Shown piece after piece: positions 33,958 to 54,559 of a stretch of 64,000 nucleotides of DNA. The notes under the pieces are model-generated. The model had not been told where the DNA came from, ran no database searches, and was given only the letters and a program-made list of their open reading frames with translations. The translations under genes were made by a program, and so were the position numbers. Numbering within the stretch: position 1 is the first letter of the stretch; each line of letters starts with the position of its first letter. This stretch comes from the human T2T-CHM13v2.0 reference genome, Homo sapiens. The stretch lies in the NCBI RefSeq assembly GCF_009914755.1, contig NC_060939.1. One strand, given 5' to 3'.

Positions 33958-34890
33958 GGCTGGGTGTGGTGACTCACGCCTGTAATCCCAGTGTTACCAG
34001 AAAGGGGTCCTGATCCAGACCCCAGGAGAGGGTTCTTGGATCTTGGGCAAGAAAGAATTCAAGATGAGTCCATAGAGTAAAGTGAAAGCAAATTTAAGAA
34101 AGTAAAGGAATAAAAGAATGGCTACTCCATAGGAAGAGGAGCCCCGAGGGCTGCTGTTTGCCCATTTTAATGGCTATTTCTTTATTATATGCTAAACAAG
34201 GGGTGAATTATATTCATAAGTTTTTGGGGAAAGAGGTGGGCAATTCCCGGAACTAAGGGTTTCTCCCCTTTTTAGACCATATAGGGTAAATTCCTGACAT
34301 TGCCATGGCATTTGTTAACTGTCATGGCACTGGTGGGAGTGTCTTTTAGTATGCTAATGCATTATAATTCATGTATAATGAGCAGTGAGGATGATCAGAG
34401 GTCACTTTTGTTGCCATCTTGGTTTTAGCGGGTTTTGGCTGGCTTCTTTACCACAGCCTGTTTTATCAGCAAGGTCTTTATGACCTGTATTTTGTGCTGA
34501 CCTCCTATCATTCAGTGACTAAGAATGCCTTAACCTCCTGGGAATGCAGCCCAGTAGGTTTCAGCCTTATTTTAACCAGCCCCTATTCAAGATGGAGTTG
34601 TTCTGGTTCAAACACCTCTGATATCAGCACTTTGGAAGGCTGAGGTGGGGGATCACTTGAGCTTAGGAGTTCAAGACCAGCCTGAGCAACAAGGTAAAAC
34701 CCTGTCTCTACAAAAAATACAAAAATTAGCTGGGCGTGGTAGTGGGCACCTGCAATCCCAGTTACTTGGGAGGCCGAAGTGGAGAGTTGCTTGAGCCTGG
34801 GATGCAGAGGTTGTTGTGAGCCGAGATTGAGCTACTGTACTCTAGCCTGGGTGACACAGTGAGACCCTGTCTCAAAAAAGAAAAAAATTA
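33958..34890 (+). mobile_element. Alu interrupted by MER41
   Basis: Alu 5' end at 33958-33991 resumes at 34628 and runs to the A-tail. Confidence 0.9.
33992..34623 (-). mobile_element. MER41 (MER41B-like) ERV1 solo LTR inserted into an Alu in TMEM202 intron 2
   Basis: Ends TGTTACCAGAAAGGGGTCC... and ...GATGGAGTTGTTCTGGTTCAAACACCTCTGATA match MER41 termini in reverse; 632 bp; 4-bp TSD CCAG/TCAG; splits the Alu at TGTAATCCCAG|CACTTTGG. Confidence 0.9.
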
Positions 34891-35179
34891 ATACATTAGA
34901 ATCCCGAAATTATGTCACTTAAAGCAGTGAATAGTTTATTTCTTGGAGCCCTGGATTCACCTTTATGCAGATAAAGAAAATCAAGGAAATCAAGCCAGCC
35001 TGTCACTCAGATTTTGTGGAGTCACTTTGTCACTCACCTTTGTTTATGCTTTGTTTTATCTCTACAGACTGTAATTATTTAGAGAAAGTCAACTGAATCC
35101 TTAAGGTGCATAAGTATAAATCAAGTATCCACCCTATTTTCCATGTTATTATAACTAGCTCTAATTCAAGAGTCAGTAA

Positions 35180-35636
<457 letters not shown>

Positions 35637-37440
35637 TGACTTCAAACTTTTACCTACTGGATTGCAAGAATTTCGTTCCCCTCCCTGACAGTTTCCTTTC
35701 ATAAGTCATTTTCGTAAGTTTCACAGGGGCTATCTCAGGTGTGTTTAAGAATGTGCATGCTCATATTCCTATTCCCTGGGCTCACTTCAGGGTGTTGTGC
35801 TTCTGTCTCTGAGTTCACCTGGGTCTAGATGACTGACAGCCTCTCTGTTGTGGCTGTTGCTAATGGGATGAAGAAGGGATGGGGAGGAAAGGACAGTATT
35901 CTTCACTTTTACTAGGAAGTCTCAAGTGTAGAACAGACCCTTCTGTTATTTTCCCATAGCACTGGTGAGATCAGGCTGAAATATAAAGGATATATTGCCA
36001 CAGAGAGTAGTTTGAACTGTTTTGCAGAGCGTGGGAAAGAAAGGGTAAGTCTTTTTGTCAAGGCACTGGGCACCCTAGAGTTAGGACCCTAGGAACAACC
36101 ATATAGTACACATTGCCAAGCTGTGTAGGGATGCTTTATTCTGGCACTCCAACTGGGTTACGAGGGGACTTAAATACTAAGCAGATTTCATAGATACCTC
36201 TTCAGGGTCCTAAGTCTCCACCCAGGATCATTTCCATTCCAAAACCACCCACTTGGGGCACCTCATCTGAGCCTGGAGAAGTTGTATGTTGCCTTCCGTG
36301 CCTTGAAAGCGGTCACAATGGCAGCAGCGTGGAAGTTCAGATTTGGCTAAATAAGTGAGCTGATTCCCCAGCTTGTCTCCAGCAACACCACTTTCCAAAA
36401 GCTCCCTGGCCAACTTTTACTTCCACAACAGTAGAAGGAGATCCCGCCCATTATTTACAAACTGCCAAATGGTGAACGTTCTCATTTCACTGAGATCTGA
36501 GGGGATGCCACAGAACACTACTGCTTTCTGGTTGGGTGATGCCCCCTCCAATCTTGGTAGGGGTTTTACATCTCACCCAATGGTACTCTGAAGTGTAGCA
36601 TCGCTGACTGATGCTGGGCTGATCCCGAGAACATCTACGAAAATCTTACCAAGTTTTTCAGATGATTTGTACTTCCTCCTCAAATTGAAAGTGACATCCT
36701 TTCTCTTCCCAAGGTATTAGTTTCAGTAAGCTGGGAGAAGTGCCTTGGTATTCTTGTAACTTAAGTCTGCATCAAAGTATATCAGTAAGGAAAACATCAA
36801 AAATGTTTGGATACAGTTGACCCAGACAGGTGACACAGGGGTGTTCGTTTTATCTCAGGCACTCCTTTTTCCGGACCAAGGCTTCTTACAGAAACATACA
36901 AGCAGAGCCTTTTGTGATTTAGATCCTAAGATTTTTGAAACTTTGATGAGTAAGCTGTTGTAAAAACTGTTGTTTAAAAGCTGAAATTAGCTTTGGTGTT
37001 ACAGGAGATAGAAGCTTGAAATCAGCTTTTGGACATTTATTTATTTAGAGTAATATGAATTAAAAAACTATAAAGTTAACCAAATGCAGATGTCTTAGAC
37101 TCTGAATATAAGTGTGTAGTTTGTTTATATAATTTGTTGTATATGATTATTCCTAATAGACTTGGTTACTTTGGGAAGGTTAGACTCTTCTATGCTGCAC
37201 ATCTTTAAATTGTTCCTTCAGAGTTGTGAGGATCTTGTTTATGTAGTTTTCAGGAGATGAGAAGGTAACACAGAGAGAATTGTAAGAAATATATAAAGTT
37301 GCAGTCTTCTCCTCATGGTAGAAGAGGAACTGGACTTTATATGTTAGGCTGGAGTTGGACAGGAAATATCCTCGACAGTGCTCCTTGGTGTTTTGAATAT
37401 TAAAATCATTTGAATTAGTGCAAGCTAAAGAGTGAACTTA

Positions 37441-37596
<156 letters not shown>

Positions 37597-39026
37597 TTAG
37601 CCAGGTGTGGTAGTGTGCACCTGTGGTCCCAGCTACTCAAGAGGCTGAGGTGGGAGGATAGCTTGAGTCTGGGAGTTGGAGGCTGCAGTGAGTAGAGATC
37701 ATGCTACTGCACTCCAGCCTGGGTTACAGACTGAGACCCCGTCTCAAAGAAAAAGATAAAGAAAAAAAAATGTGGCTCAGAAGAATAACATAGACTCCCA
37801 AGGCAGGAAGTTCGCTGGACCTTAGGGGATTCCAGAGGAGGCTGGGATCTCAGATAAAGAAAATCAAGCCAGCCAGTCACTCAGATTTTCTACAGTCACT
37901 TTGTCATTCAGCTTTGTTTATGTTTTGTTTTATCTCTACAGCTCAGTTTTTCCTGTTTATTAGTGTGTAAGTGCCTAAAAGGTGATACCCCGGTCAAACT
38001 TTACATCTTCTCAGTTCAAGCAAGCAAAAGAGGAAATCCAATTTCTAAGCATAAGAATAAAATTGTCCCAGGATGGGTCAGGTTCCCATGCTTAGTCCAG
38101 GTAGCTATAGTCAGAGGGCTATACAGACAATAGTCAAGGGCTATAGACAAGGGCTGCTAGAGCTCATGGAGGATTGTGGACTAAATACCACAAAGGCTGC
38201 CTGTTACCCTGGGCTTCATACAGCTCAATCTGGGCTTATGTTCTGGCTGGCTACATATACTGCTAATTCTGCATAACCCAGTCTTCAGAAAATGTGCAGC
38301 TTGTGAATTACTATGTTTTAATGTGGCTCACTTGTTAGGGCTACAGAGCAACTTAACATCTGTGGATAGGGGTGTGGTTTCTCTGAATGGAAATTCCTGC
38401 AATTCATCATATTAGTAAGTGGCAGGTTCTGGAGAACAAAATGAAACAAGGAGGCAGATATTAGACTGGATAAGCTTGATACATAATTTCTGCTCTCTGG
38501 GTTACTCAGAAGCTGGACTTGGATTCTTAGGCATATAAGTGGTTAGAGAACTTTCTAACCACTGGGGTGGGGGTGAGCTGGTCCCTGCTACACTGGGACA
38601 GAAAAAGAAGCTAGATAAGGAGGCACCTTATAAGGGATACTGAAGATATTCCTGGGTGTCTGGTAGCTCAGAAAAGCTATAGCTACTTGTAATTATAAGT
38701 TATCTTCTAAATCTTCAGTAAAATATTGATGGGGAAGTCGAAGAACCTGTTCCATCTTAGGGATGTGGTAGCAAAAAGTAAGGTTGAGCATATCCCCGCT
38801 GCTCTCTTACCAACATCCAGTCCGCAGTGGCAGAGCCAAAGAGAAGACACCTAGAGCCAAAGATGGAAGAAGGAGAGGTGTGGCACTTGGATAAGAGCAA
38901 CTTGAACAAATATGAGATAGGACTTTGGGGGACTCTCAGAATAAAAAAAAAGTGGAGGGAAACACTTTGTGGTAAGTTCCTGCAGCTTGGTAAATTGGGG
39001 CTTGAAATCATCATAATATGGAATTA

Positions 39027-39203
<177 letters not shown>

Positions 39204-39932
39204 TCAGCTACTCTGGGTGACAGAATGAGACTCTGTCTCAAAAAAATAATAATAAAATAAAGAAATAGATAAATAAAGTAAATGTGACTTCATTTTGTAG
39301 TCATAGGCTGACAAGGCCTGTACATGCCAGATAGAGCTGGAAGTGAAAAACCAATGGAACTAAACAATGGGTAAGTCATTAAGCAAAGTATATTAATATG
39401 ATAGAATATTTTGTAGCCATCGAAAATAATATTTACAACAGATAATGGGGAAAATCACATCATATATTCTTAAGAAAAAAACCCACATGATATCTAGTAT
39501 CATATCTACTATGTACAGAGGGTAGAAAAATAAAATATTAACAATGGTTGCCTCTAGGTAGTCAAATTGTGGCTAATTTTTTTCCTGCTTCTTTGTTCTT
39601 TTGTAGTCTTTTGAATACTTATGTTGAACGCGTATTACTTACTACTTTTAGAATTAGAATTAGAAACAAGAAAAAGGTTTAATCTGTTTTGTCATTGGTG
39701 ACACCTTTTATAAGCTAGTTTATATCTAAATCAATGCATGCAGAAGTATTTGTATATTATCTTTAGTTTAACAATCATAGTAAAGAAATTCCAAGCAAAA
39801 AGGATGTCATGTAGCAAGCTCTGCTCCATCATCCTTTGTTCTTAAATCCTTCTCTAAGACTCTATCTGGCCTTTTTAAGGGAAGGTCCCTCACTGGACTA
39901 ACCACGGTCTTCCTTTCCTCTTCTTCATGCAG

Positions 39933-40082
39933 ATTATCTCCAATATTCCAGGGCCTTCTTTCTCATCTCTGTCTTTACCATACTTACTGGCCTTGGCTGG
40001 CTCTTCAGCTCTTGGATCCTTAATCGAGGAAGCATGACCACCAACTTGGATCTGAAGGTATCCATGCTCAGCTTCATCTCAG
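39933..40082 (+). CDS. TMEM202: Transmembrane protein 202, exon 3
   Basis: Acceptor CCTTTCCTCTTCTTCATGCAG; YYLQYSRAFFLISVFTILTGLGWLFSSWILNRGSMTTNLDLKVSMLSFIS; donor CAG|GTACAG; 150 nt, phase-compatible. Confidence 0.93.
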
Positions 40083-40416
40083 GTACAGACCTAGACTGGC
40101 AGGGTATTTTACCATGGTAAAATAGTCAAGGTAACAAATTTTCTCTGTGGAACTCTCATACTCTTTTTCTTATCTCTTTGCTCTTCTTCAGTATCACACC
40201 AACTTGCCAGCTATCTGCCTTATCTAATTATATAGAACACACCTTAGCTGACTTTACCAGGGTATAGAGCCTTTCTCTCATCTTGGTCAGTCCCCAGGTT
40301 TTTATCTTTTTGATCCTCGCTATACATATGGCCTCTGGAGGCCAAAGAGCTGGGGGTGGCGGGGAAGACAGACTGAAGATGCTGATGGGTTGTGACATCT
40401 TTCCTTCTGGTCCTAG

Positions 40417-40548
40417 CTACCTGCTTGCTCCTCTGCCTCAACCTGTTTGTGGCACAGGTTCACTGGCATACTAGGGATGCCATGGAGTCAGATCTCCTAT
40501 GGACCTATTATCTTAACTGGTGCAGTGACATCTTTTACATGTTTGCTG
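40417..40548 (+). CDS. TMEM202: Transmembrane protein 202, exon 4
   Basis: Acceptor CTTTCCTTCTGGTCCTAG; ATCLLLCLNLFVAQVHWHTRDAMESDLLWTYYLNWCSDIFYMFA; donor G|GTGAGT; 132 nt. Confidence 0.93.
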
Positions 40549-41021
40549 GTGAGTCACTTCCCTGCTCTATGCTAGAAGGATGGATAGGGAAATCGCTTCT
40601 GGAAAGGGAGGTATAATCCAGGAGAAATAGAAGCACTGACTGTTCCTTTTCAGAACACTGATACTTGGAGAGTCAGGGGGGCATAATGAAGAAAGGGTGG
40701 ATTTTAGAGTCTGAAAACCTAGCATTAGTAACCTGCTCTATCACAAAGTGAGGCATGGACAAGTTGAGTAACTTGCCCAAGACCACACAGAAAATAGTGG
40801 AACTATGATCTGAATCCAGGAGGTTCAAGCTTTGTCCTAATCAGTCTGAGAAATATTATAATGCAATTAGAGCACAGGAGGGTAAAGTAACTCCACTGGG
40901 GGAGAGAGGGGTTCACTGAAAAGATGCCTCTTGAACTGGTTATTAAAGGATGCATAAGAATTTTAAAAGCCAAAAGACCATTGCCTATTGAACCTCACCT
41001 CAAATTATTCCCTTCCCGTAG

Positions 41022-41224
41022 GGATCATCTCTCTTCTCAACTACTTAACTTCCAGATCGCCTGCCTGTGATGAAAACGTCACTGTGATTCCAACAGAGAG
41101 ATCAAGGCTGGGGGTTGGTCCGGTGACTACAGTATCACCTGCTAAAGATGAAGGGCCAAGGTCTGAGATGGAATCTCTAAGTGTGAGAGAGAAAAATTTA
41201 CCAAAGTCAGGACTGTGGTGGTGA
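41022..41224 (+). CDS. TMEM202: Transmembrane protein 202, exon 5 (coding part)
   Basis: Acceptor TTCCCTTCCCGTAG; GIISLLNYLTSRSPACDEN...KSGLWW*; five exons sum to 822 nt = 273 aa plus stop. Confidence 0.93.
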
Positions 41225-41671
41225 TAGGAAAACCTAACTATAGCTTGTCTTAAAAGCAGGGGAGAAGCTGAGTTGGGAATGGTCACATAAATTCTGGGAA
41301 ACTCTCCTAATATCATGTCCATATTACTTGAGGAGACAGCATTAAAGCTGATGAAATGTCTTTTGCGTGCATTGGATCCAAAATATATATGATAGTCATA
41401 AAGTAAATAACTCACTTAAGAAAAACATTTCTAAAAGAAAACAACAATGTTTAGAGTCATGAATGAAAGAAACTAGTGAAAGATGCAGTGTGTAGACCAG
41501 AGACCTCTTTGGGTATCAGGGATCTCATGGACCAGAATGGCCCGTGGAGAAGAATGTTAATTACTTCTGTTTGGAATTTTCTTTATTATGTGTGGCTTTG
41601 GGTATACTCAGGATGGAAAGCACTTGGACAAATACTGTTGAATCTGAACTTAATAGCATTACCAGAAATGG

Positions 41672-41677
41672 AATAAA
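41672..41677 (+). terminator. TMEM202: Probable TMEM202 polyadenylation signal
   Basis: First canonical AATAAA I see downstream of the stop codon (about 450 nt 3'UTR). Confidence 0.6.
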
Positions 41678-42065
41678 TATCAATGGATATAAGACCTACT
41701 ACTCAAAGGAACTGAGAGGTGCTGGGTAGATTCCAGGGAATCCATGGGGTCCCACTTACTGTGAGGATTGGTAATTTGAAACATTTACAGTCTATTACGT
41801 AAAACCACTGCTTCTCCCTAGGCAGGGAGATACCTTAACCAGGCATCCACAAACTCCCTGAAATTCTATACAAAACTTGTATATGTATTCTTCTGTGAAG
41901 AGAGCCAGAGATTCCATCAGATTCTTCCTTCCCCCCGCCCCGCCCCCAGAAGATAGTTTCATGTAAACTCCATCAAATTCTTGACAGGCTGGTGACCCCT
42001 TTGATTCCTTAAGCATCAATTATGTTTTACTGAGCCAAATGGGACTACAGGGCTTCCTTCAGCAG

Positions 42066-42170
42066 ATGGATAGATAGATAAATAGATAGATAGATAATAG
42101 ATTGATAGATGATAGATCGATAGATAGGCCTATCTATCTATATCTATAATACATCTACATCTATATCTAT
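42066..42170. repeat. Imperfect (GATA)n switching to (TATC)n
   Basis: Seen directly; 20-bp palindrome at 42119-42138. Confidence 0.9.
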
Positions 42171-43115
42171 ACAAACTGAAAGATTTTCCATGTTTTATAT
42201 ATCCTGTAAAGCTAAGTACGGAGGGAGGAGGTGGTATTTTCAGGCAATCATATAGGTCTTTTGATGGCTAAAGATCCCTTTCACACTCAGACTAGATTTC
42301 ACACATAAAGTTCCTGATACTCATTTTGTCTTTCATACCCTTAGTTGCTGCCACTACTGCTGTATTGGTTGAGATCCATTCTTCTCCCCAAAGCTGGCAA
42401 TGAAATGGACTATAGTGTCCAGCTTCACCTCTTGCTGCATGTAAAGATAAGCCCTTGGGTCTATTTGGTTTAATTTAGAGATTCACTAGTAACCTTTGCA
42501 GAAAACCCAAATAATAGACATTGAGCAATTATATAATTCTTGTAATCCTGGTCCTGATCAGTAATTCCCAAACATTTCCAGATGGTAACTGGAAGCCCTT
42601 TAAGTTAATACTTATGCTTTTATTCCTGTGGGTTGGAGCTTATACACAGCACACACTTGTATGCACCCACACACAGATACACAAACAGACATATATACAC
42701 ACACCTCATTTTGATCCTGCCTTAGAAAACCCTTTCTTCACGCCCCTCTTCCAATCAGGTGAGTTTCGTTATGGCAGAATTACTTGTGCCTCCTTGCTTC
42801 AAGTGGCCTTAGTTCAGAGGCTCTTCAGGCTGTTTCTGGGCCTTTGTCTGCTTATAAGAACAGGCATGTAGTCAAAGCCAACTCTCCCTCCTCACATTAC
42901 CACTCACACAAACTCTAACCTATACATTAACTGGTTAAGTACTCACTGGGTTCACAATCTTTATTCGTAATTTAGTTTGAATACTTTCATTATATGACTA
43001 AATTGACAGGATGCTGAACACTGATGACTCTTCAGGGAACAAAAGTTCTAAATGGGGCGAAGAGAAGAAAGTAAGTCTGAGTGAAGGTGGAAGAAGCGAG
43101 ATAATAAGAAAGTAA

Positions 43116-44900
<1,785 letters not shown>

Positions 44901-45476
44901 GTTCAGAAAAAAACTAACAAAGTCAACAATCAGAATATGAAATCATTCTAGATTAATTTGGGGTATAATGTGATAAAGACTATTCTTAGGATGCACAGAT
45001 ACATGACAGAATCATAAATTTAAAAAAAAGACCCAAAACTGTGAAACAAAAACAGGTAGAAATAAAACAAGAACAGGTTTAAATAAGAAAGAACCAACTA
45101 TCAATCATTAAAATGAAAAAGTACTAATTGGAATAAAAATCCAATAGGATAAAATCTAGATAGCACAAGCAACAAAAAGAGAAACTTTGATTTTTAGATC
45201 TATCTAGAGTACTTACAAAAAATCGACCAAATACTATATAGTTTTAATAAATGTCAAAGGATATATCAGTCCATGGATCCTGACTGTAATGAAATTAAAT
45301 TAGAACTCAATAATGAGAGTGATTAAAAAAAAATACTTGGCCAGACATGGTGGCTCATGCCTGTAATCCCAGCACTTTGGGAAGCAGAGGCAGATGGATC
45401 ACTTGAGTCCAGGAGTTTGAGATCAGCCTGGCCAACATGGTGAAACCCCATCTCTACTTAAAAAAAGAAAAAATAG

Positions 45477-46042
45477 ATTGGGGAAGTTCTCCTGGATAAT
45501 ATCCTGCAGAGTGTTTTCCAACTTGGTTCCATTCTCCCCGTCACTTTCAGGTACACCAATCAGACGTAGATTTGGTCTTTTCACATAGTCCCATATTTCT
45601 TGGAGGCTTTTTTCATTTCTTTTTATTCTTTTTCCTCTAAACTTCTCTTCTCGCTTCATTTCATTCATTTGATCTTCCATCACTGATACCCTTTCTTCCA
45701 GTTGATCAAATCGGCTACTGAGGCTTGTGCATTCGTCACGTAGTTCTCGTGCCGTGGTTTTCAGCTCCATCAGGTCCTTTAAGGACTTCTCTGCATTGGT
45801 TATTCTAGTTAGCCATTCGTCTAATCTTTTTGCAATGTTTTTAACTTCTTTGCTGTGGGTTCGAACTTCCTCTTTTAGCTCGGAGAAGTTTGATTGTCTG
45901 AAGCCTTCTTCTCTCAACTCATCAAAGTCATTCTCCGTCCAGCTTTGTTCCGTTGCTGGTGAGGAGCTGCATTCCTTTGGAGGAGGAGAGGCGCTCTGAT
46001 TTTTAGAATTTTCAGTTTTTCTGCTCTGTTTTTTCCCCATCT
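45477..46042 (-). mobile_element. Inverted 5' segment of an L1PA4/5-like element: ORF1 codons 1-189
   Basis: [23 protein letters not shown]...LENTLQDIIQENFPNL open from the ATG at 46040. Confidence 0.95.
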
Positions 46043-47581
<1,539 letters not shown>

Positions 47582-47916
47582 TTATGCATGCAATTCACGA
47601 ACCTGTAAAAGAATAACTAGAAAAGACAAAAGAAGGAAGAAAATTTTTAAACTAAACTTTGTAAAAATATGAAAAAACCTTAGGTTCAAATGACAGACTA
47701 AAATCTATTTCTTTGGACAAAAACTAAATGAAAGGCAAACTACAAGTAAACCTAATTAAGCAAAAAAAAAAAAAAAAAGAGTGAAAGCATGAAAAGGACA
47801 TAACTAAAGTATATACGTAGGTATACATATTTACATATACATTACTCAAGCATATTTTATTGTTTAAATCTTCTGTTTCTTTACTGCTCTTTGGTGTTTT
47901 TGTTTGTTTGTTTTGA

Positions 47917-48242
<326 letters not shown>

Positions 48243-49028
48243 TGATGGCTTCACGTTTTAAATTTTTTCCTTGTAATACTATCAATATCTGCTTAATATT
48301 TTGAATCTATAAGATGGTAAATATCCAAATTAACCTGTGGATTCAATGCAATTCACAACAAAAATCTCACAGATTTTTTTTTCTGTGGAAAATGAACAAG
48401 AGTCAGGTACCCAAATTCAGGACAGCTCATTCTGTCCTTTTTGCAAAGGGCCCAAAAGGGCCAAGATAATTGTGAAAAATAAAAGGATGGAGACATTTAC
48501 ATTACCTGATGTGAAGATGACTTATCAAATTATTGTAATTAAGACTGTGGAAGTCAGGTGCAGTGGCTCACACCTATAATCCCAACTACTTGGGAGATTG
48601 AGGTGGGAGGATCGCTTGAGGACAGGAGTTCAAAACAAGCCTGAACAACACAGTGACACCCTGTTTCTCCCTCCTTCTCAAAAAGAAAAAAAAATAGATA
48701 ATGTGGTATTGGCACATGATTACATAAACAGAACAGAATAGAAAGCCTAGAAATACAGAAGAAACATTAAAAAAAAAAAAACAGAATGAGGGAACTATGG
48801 ACTGTCCACCTAATGGGGCTGATGTAACTGGTTAAATACGGAAAAAAACATAAAACTACATCCCTGCTTTGTGATCTTTTTGTTTTTAAGTTCCAAAAGA
48901 TCAAAGGCCTATATGTGAAAAGCAAACTTTAGGGACCTTCACTGGCCGATCCAGAGGAAATCTAAGCATCAAAAAGAGTAATGAAAGTACTAGATTATTA
49001 CACTTTGAATTTTTTTAAAAATCCATGA

Positions 49029-50720
<1,692 letters not shown>

Positions 50721-52566
50721 TCCATCAGTCCATAGTGACATTCAACAAAAGACAGAGTCAGTGAAAAAGGAAAAAAGTAGAGGTAGCTTTTTTTTTGTAT
50801 AGAAGAATGTCAGCTAATAAATATAGAAGGAATGATAGAAGTTGAAAATCATTATTTTATAATCTGCAACATAATTAAGGCAAGGATCACCGATAGGTCA
50901 TCATTAAATGGTTATTTGGAAACAGGATATCAAATTATCACTCCACTAAATATTTATTAGTTCCAAAGGGGAAATGTATCTTTACAATGCAAATATTTGG
51001 CAATCACAATCTTAACTAAGTGGTCACCATGTGCGGTTTTTTTTTGAGACAGGGTCTCGCTCTGTTGCCCAGGCTGGTGTGCAGTGGTGTAATCATAGCT
51101 CACTGTAGCCTTGAACTCCTGGCCTCAAGTCATCCTCCTGCCTTGGCCTGCCAAAATACTGGGATTGCAGGTGTGCACAACCACACCCAGCCCATCATGT
51201 GCCTTTAGATATGATACAGTAGGAGGTATACACCATCACTTGTGTGGTGTTTTGTTAGAAATGTCTGCCCGAAATCTAACGATAAATAGTCAAACAAAAA
51301 TCCAGAATATGGGACAGTCTATGAGATAACTGGCCACTATGTAAGGATTTAATATTATGAAGAGCAGAAGGAGGTAATAGTATTGTTTAAACTGGAGGAG
51401 ACTATAGGCATATAACAGTCAGATGAAATCCATTGAATCTGGACTTTTAAAAAATGTATAAACTGGGCCGGGTGTGGTGGCTCATGCCTGTAATCCCAGC
51501 ACTTTGGGAGGCCAAGGTGGGTGGATCAGGAGGTTAGCAGTTCAAGACCAGCCTGACCAACATGGTGAAACCCTGTCTCTACTAAAAATACAAAAAAATT
51601 AGCTGAGCATGGTGGCGGGAGGCTGTAATCCCAGCAACTTGGGAGGCTGAGGCAGGAGACTTGCTTGAAACCAGAAGATGGAGGTTGCTGTGAGCCAAGA
51701 TTGCACGACTGCACTCTAGCCTGGGCAATAAGAGCAAAACTCCATCTCAAAAAAAAAAAAAAAAAAAGCATAAACCTTTTTCTTTGACAATTTAGGAAAT
51801 TTGAGTATGAAAAGAATGTTGGAAGTTGTGTTGAATTAACGATTTTTTCCCTCAGGTGTGGTAATGATGCTGTGGATATGTAGGAGAATGTCATTGTTTC
51901 CTGGAAAATATGCTGAAATATTTATCTTTTTTTTTTTTTTTGAGACACTGTGTCACTCTGTCGTCCAGGTTGGAATGCAGTGGCGTGAGCTTGGCTCACT
52001 GCAACTTCTGCTTCCTGGGTTCAAGCGATTCTTGCGCCTCAGACTCCCGAGGAGCTGGAATTACAGGCATGCACCACCATACCAACTAATTTTTGTATTT
52101 TTAGTAGAGATGTGGTTTCACCATGTTGGCCAGGCTGGTGTCGAACTCTTGACTTCAAGTGATCTGCCCACCTCAGCCTCCCAAAGTGCTGGGAATTACA
52201 GGTGTGAGCCACTGCGCCCAGCCGAGATAAGCTGAAATATTTAGAGGTAAAATATCACAATGCCTACACTCACTTTCAGATGTTTTGTCAAAAAGGAAAA
52301 AAATACACATAGAGACAGAGAGATAGAGAGAGCAAATGTGTCAAGATGTTAATAGTTGATAAATATAGGTGAGAGGTATAACAGTATTCATTTTAGTATT
52401 CAACTTTTCTCTGGGTTTGAAATTCTGCAAAATAAACAAGAATATTTTTGAAGGTAAAAAATTAGAGAATAATAATAAAAGTTTTATGAATTTAGGTGTT
52501 CTTAAGAGAAACAACATTTACAAACCACAACAAAAAGTCTTGATACATTTTACTGTTTTAAAACTA

Positions 52567-52894
<328 letters not shown>

Positions 52895-53190
52895 CTAAAA
52901 CTTCTATACTACAAGATATAACATAAAGCAGTCAAAGAGATAAGCTGGCTTGTAAGTAGATATTTACTATATATAACAAACAAAGGATCAGTATCTAGAA
53001 TATACAAATAAACTCTATGCAAAGAAAAAGGAGGGATGGGGCCAAATTACCCAATAGAAAAATTGGTGAAGGGGTCAGGCACGGTGGCTCATGCCTGTAA
53101 TCGAGGCAGTTTGGGAGGCCAAGGCAGGAGGATTGCTTGAGCCCAGGAATGTGAGACCAGCCTGGAAAACATATTGAGAACTCGTCTCTA

Positions 53191-53370
<180 letters not shown>

Positions 53371-53665
53371 CTAAAAAAAAAAAAAGAGAGAGAGAGAGAG
53401 AGAGAAAAGAAAGTTTGGCAAAGGATCTGCATAATTAATTTACAAAAGGAAATCCAAATGGCTAATAACACAAGAAAGATGTTTGTTCAATTTTACTAGT
53501 AATTAGGGAAATAAAAAACAAAACACTAACAATAAAATGTTTAATAAAATTATAATACATATTATGAGATTATTAATATAACGTTATAGTAAAATGTGTA
53601 AATACATAATAAAATTATTATTACATTTAAAAGGCTCACATTATCAGACTTTTTTTCTTCCCTTA

Positions 53666-53950
<285 letters not shown>

Positions 53951-54559
53951 TCACTCCACTGTCCTCCAGCCTGGGTAACAGAGTAAGACGTTGTCTCAAA
54001 AAAAAAATTTTAGAAATTAATTTCTTAATACTTAGTAATCTAGGAGCTTCAGATATCTTAGGACTCAGCAATTATATCTCTAGACAGTTTCATTTCCTGC
54101 TGTTCTCCCTCTTCCTCATTCTGCTTCAGCCACATTGGCTTCCTTGTGGTTCCTTGATCCTTTCAAGCAAGTGCCCATCTTGGCACTTTTTCATTCACTG
54201 TTCTCTCCATTATCTTGATTCTTTACTTCAGGACTCAGCTTTAGTGTCACCTTTTCCGAAAAGCCTTTCCTGACCCACCCTATCTTAAAGATTACTCATT
54301 CTCTATGCCCACAACTTGCTTTATGTATTTGATATACCTTAGTTTACTTTCTTTCTCCCACCCTTCCTGATGGTAGATTGGATAATTGTTTTTCAGTTAA
54401 TAAAATTTTTTTTTTAATTGAGATGGTGTCTCGCTTTTTTGCCCAGGCTGGTCTTGAACTCCTGAGCTCAAGCAGTCGTCCCACCTTGGCTTACCAAAAT
54501 GCTGGGATTACAGGCATGAGCCACAGCACCTGGCCCATTGTTCTCAATTCTTTACTGCC

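Noticed and set aside
41041-41415. 124-aa ORF antisense to TMEM202 exon 5
   Set aside because: Antisense shadow of a coding exon with a non-ATG start
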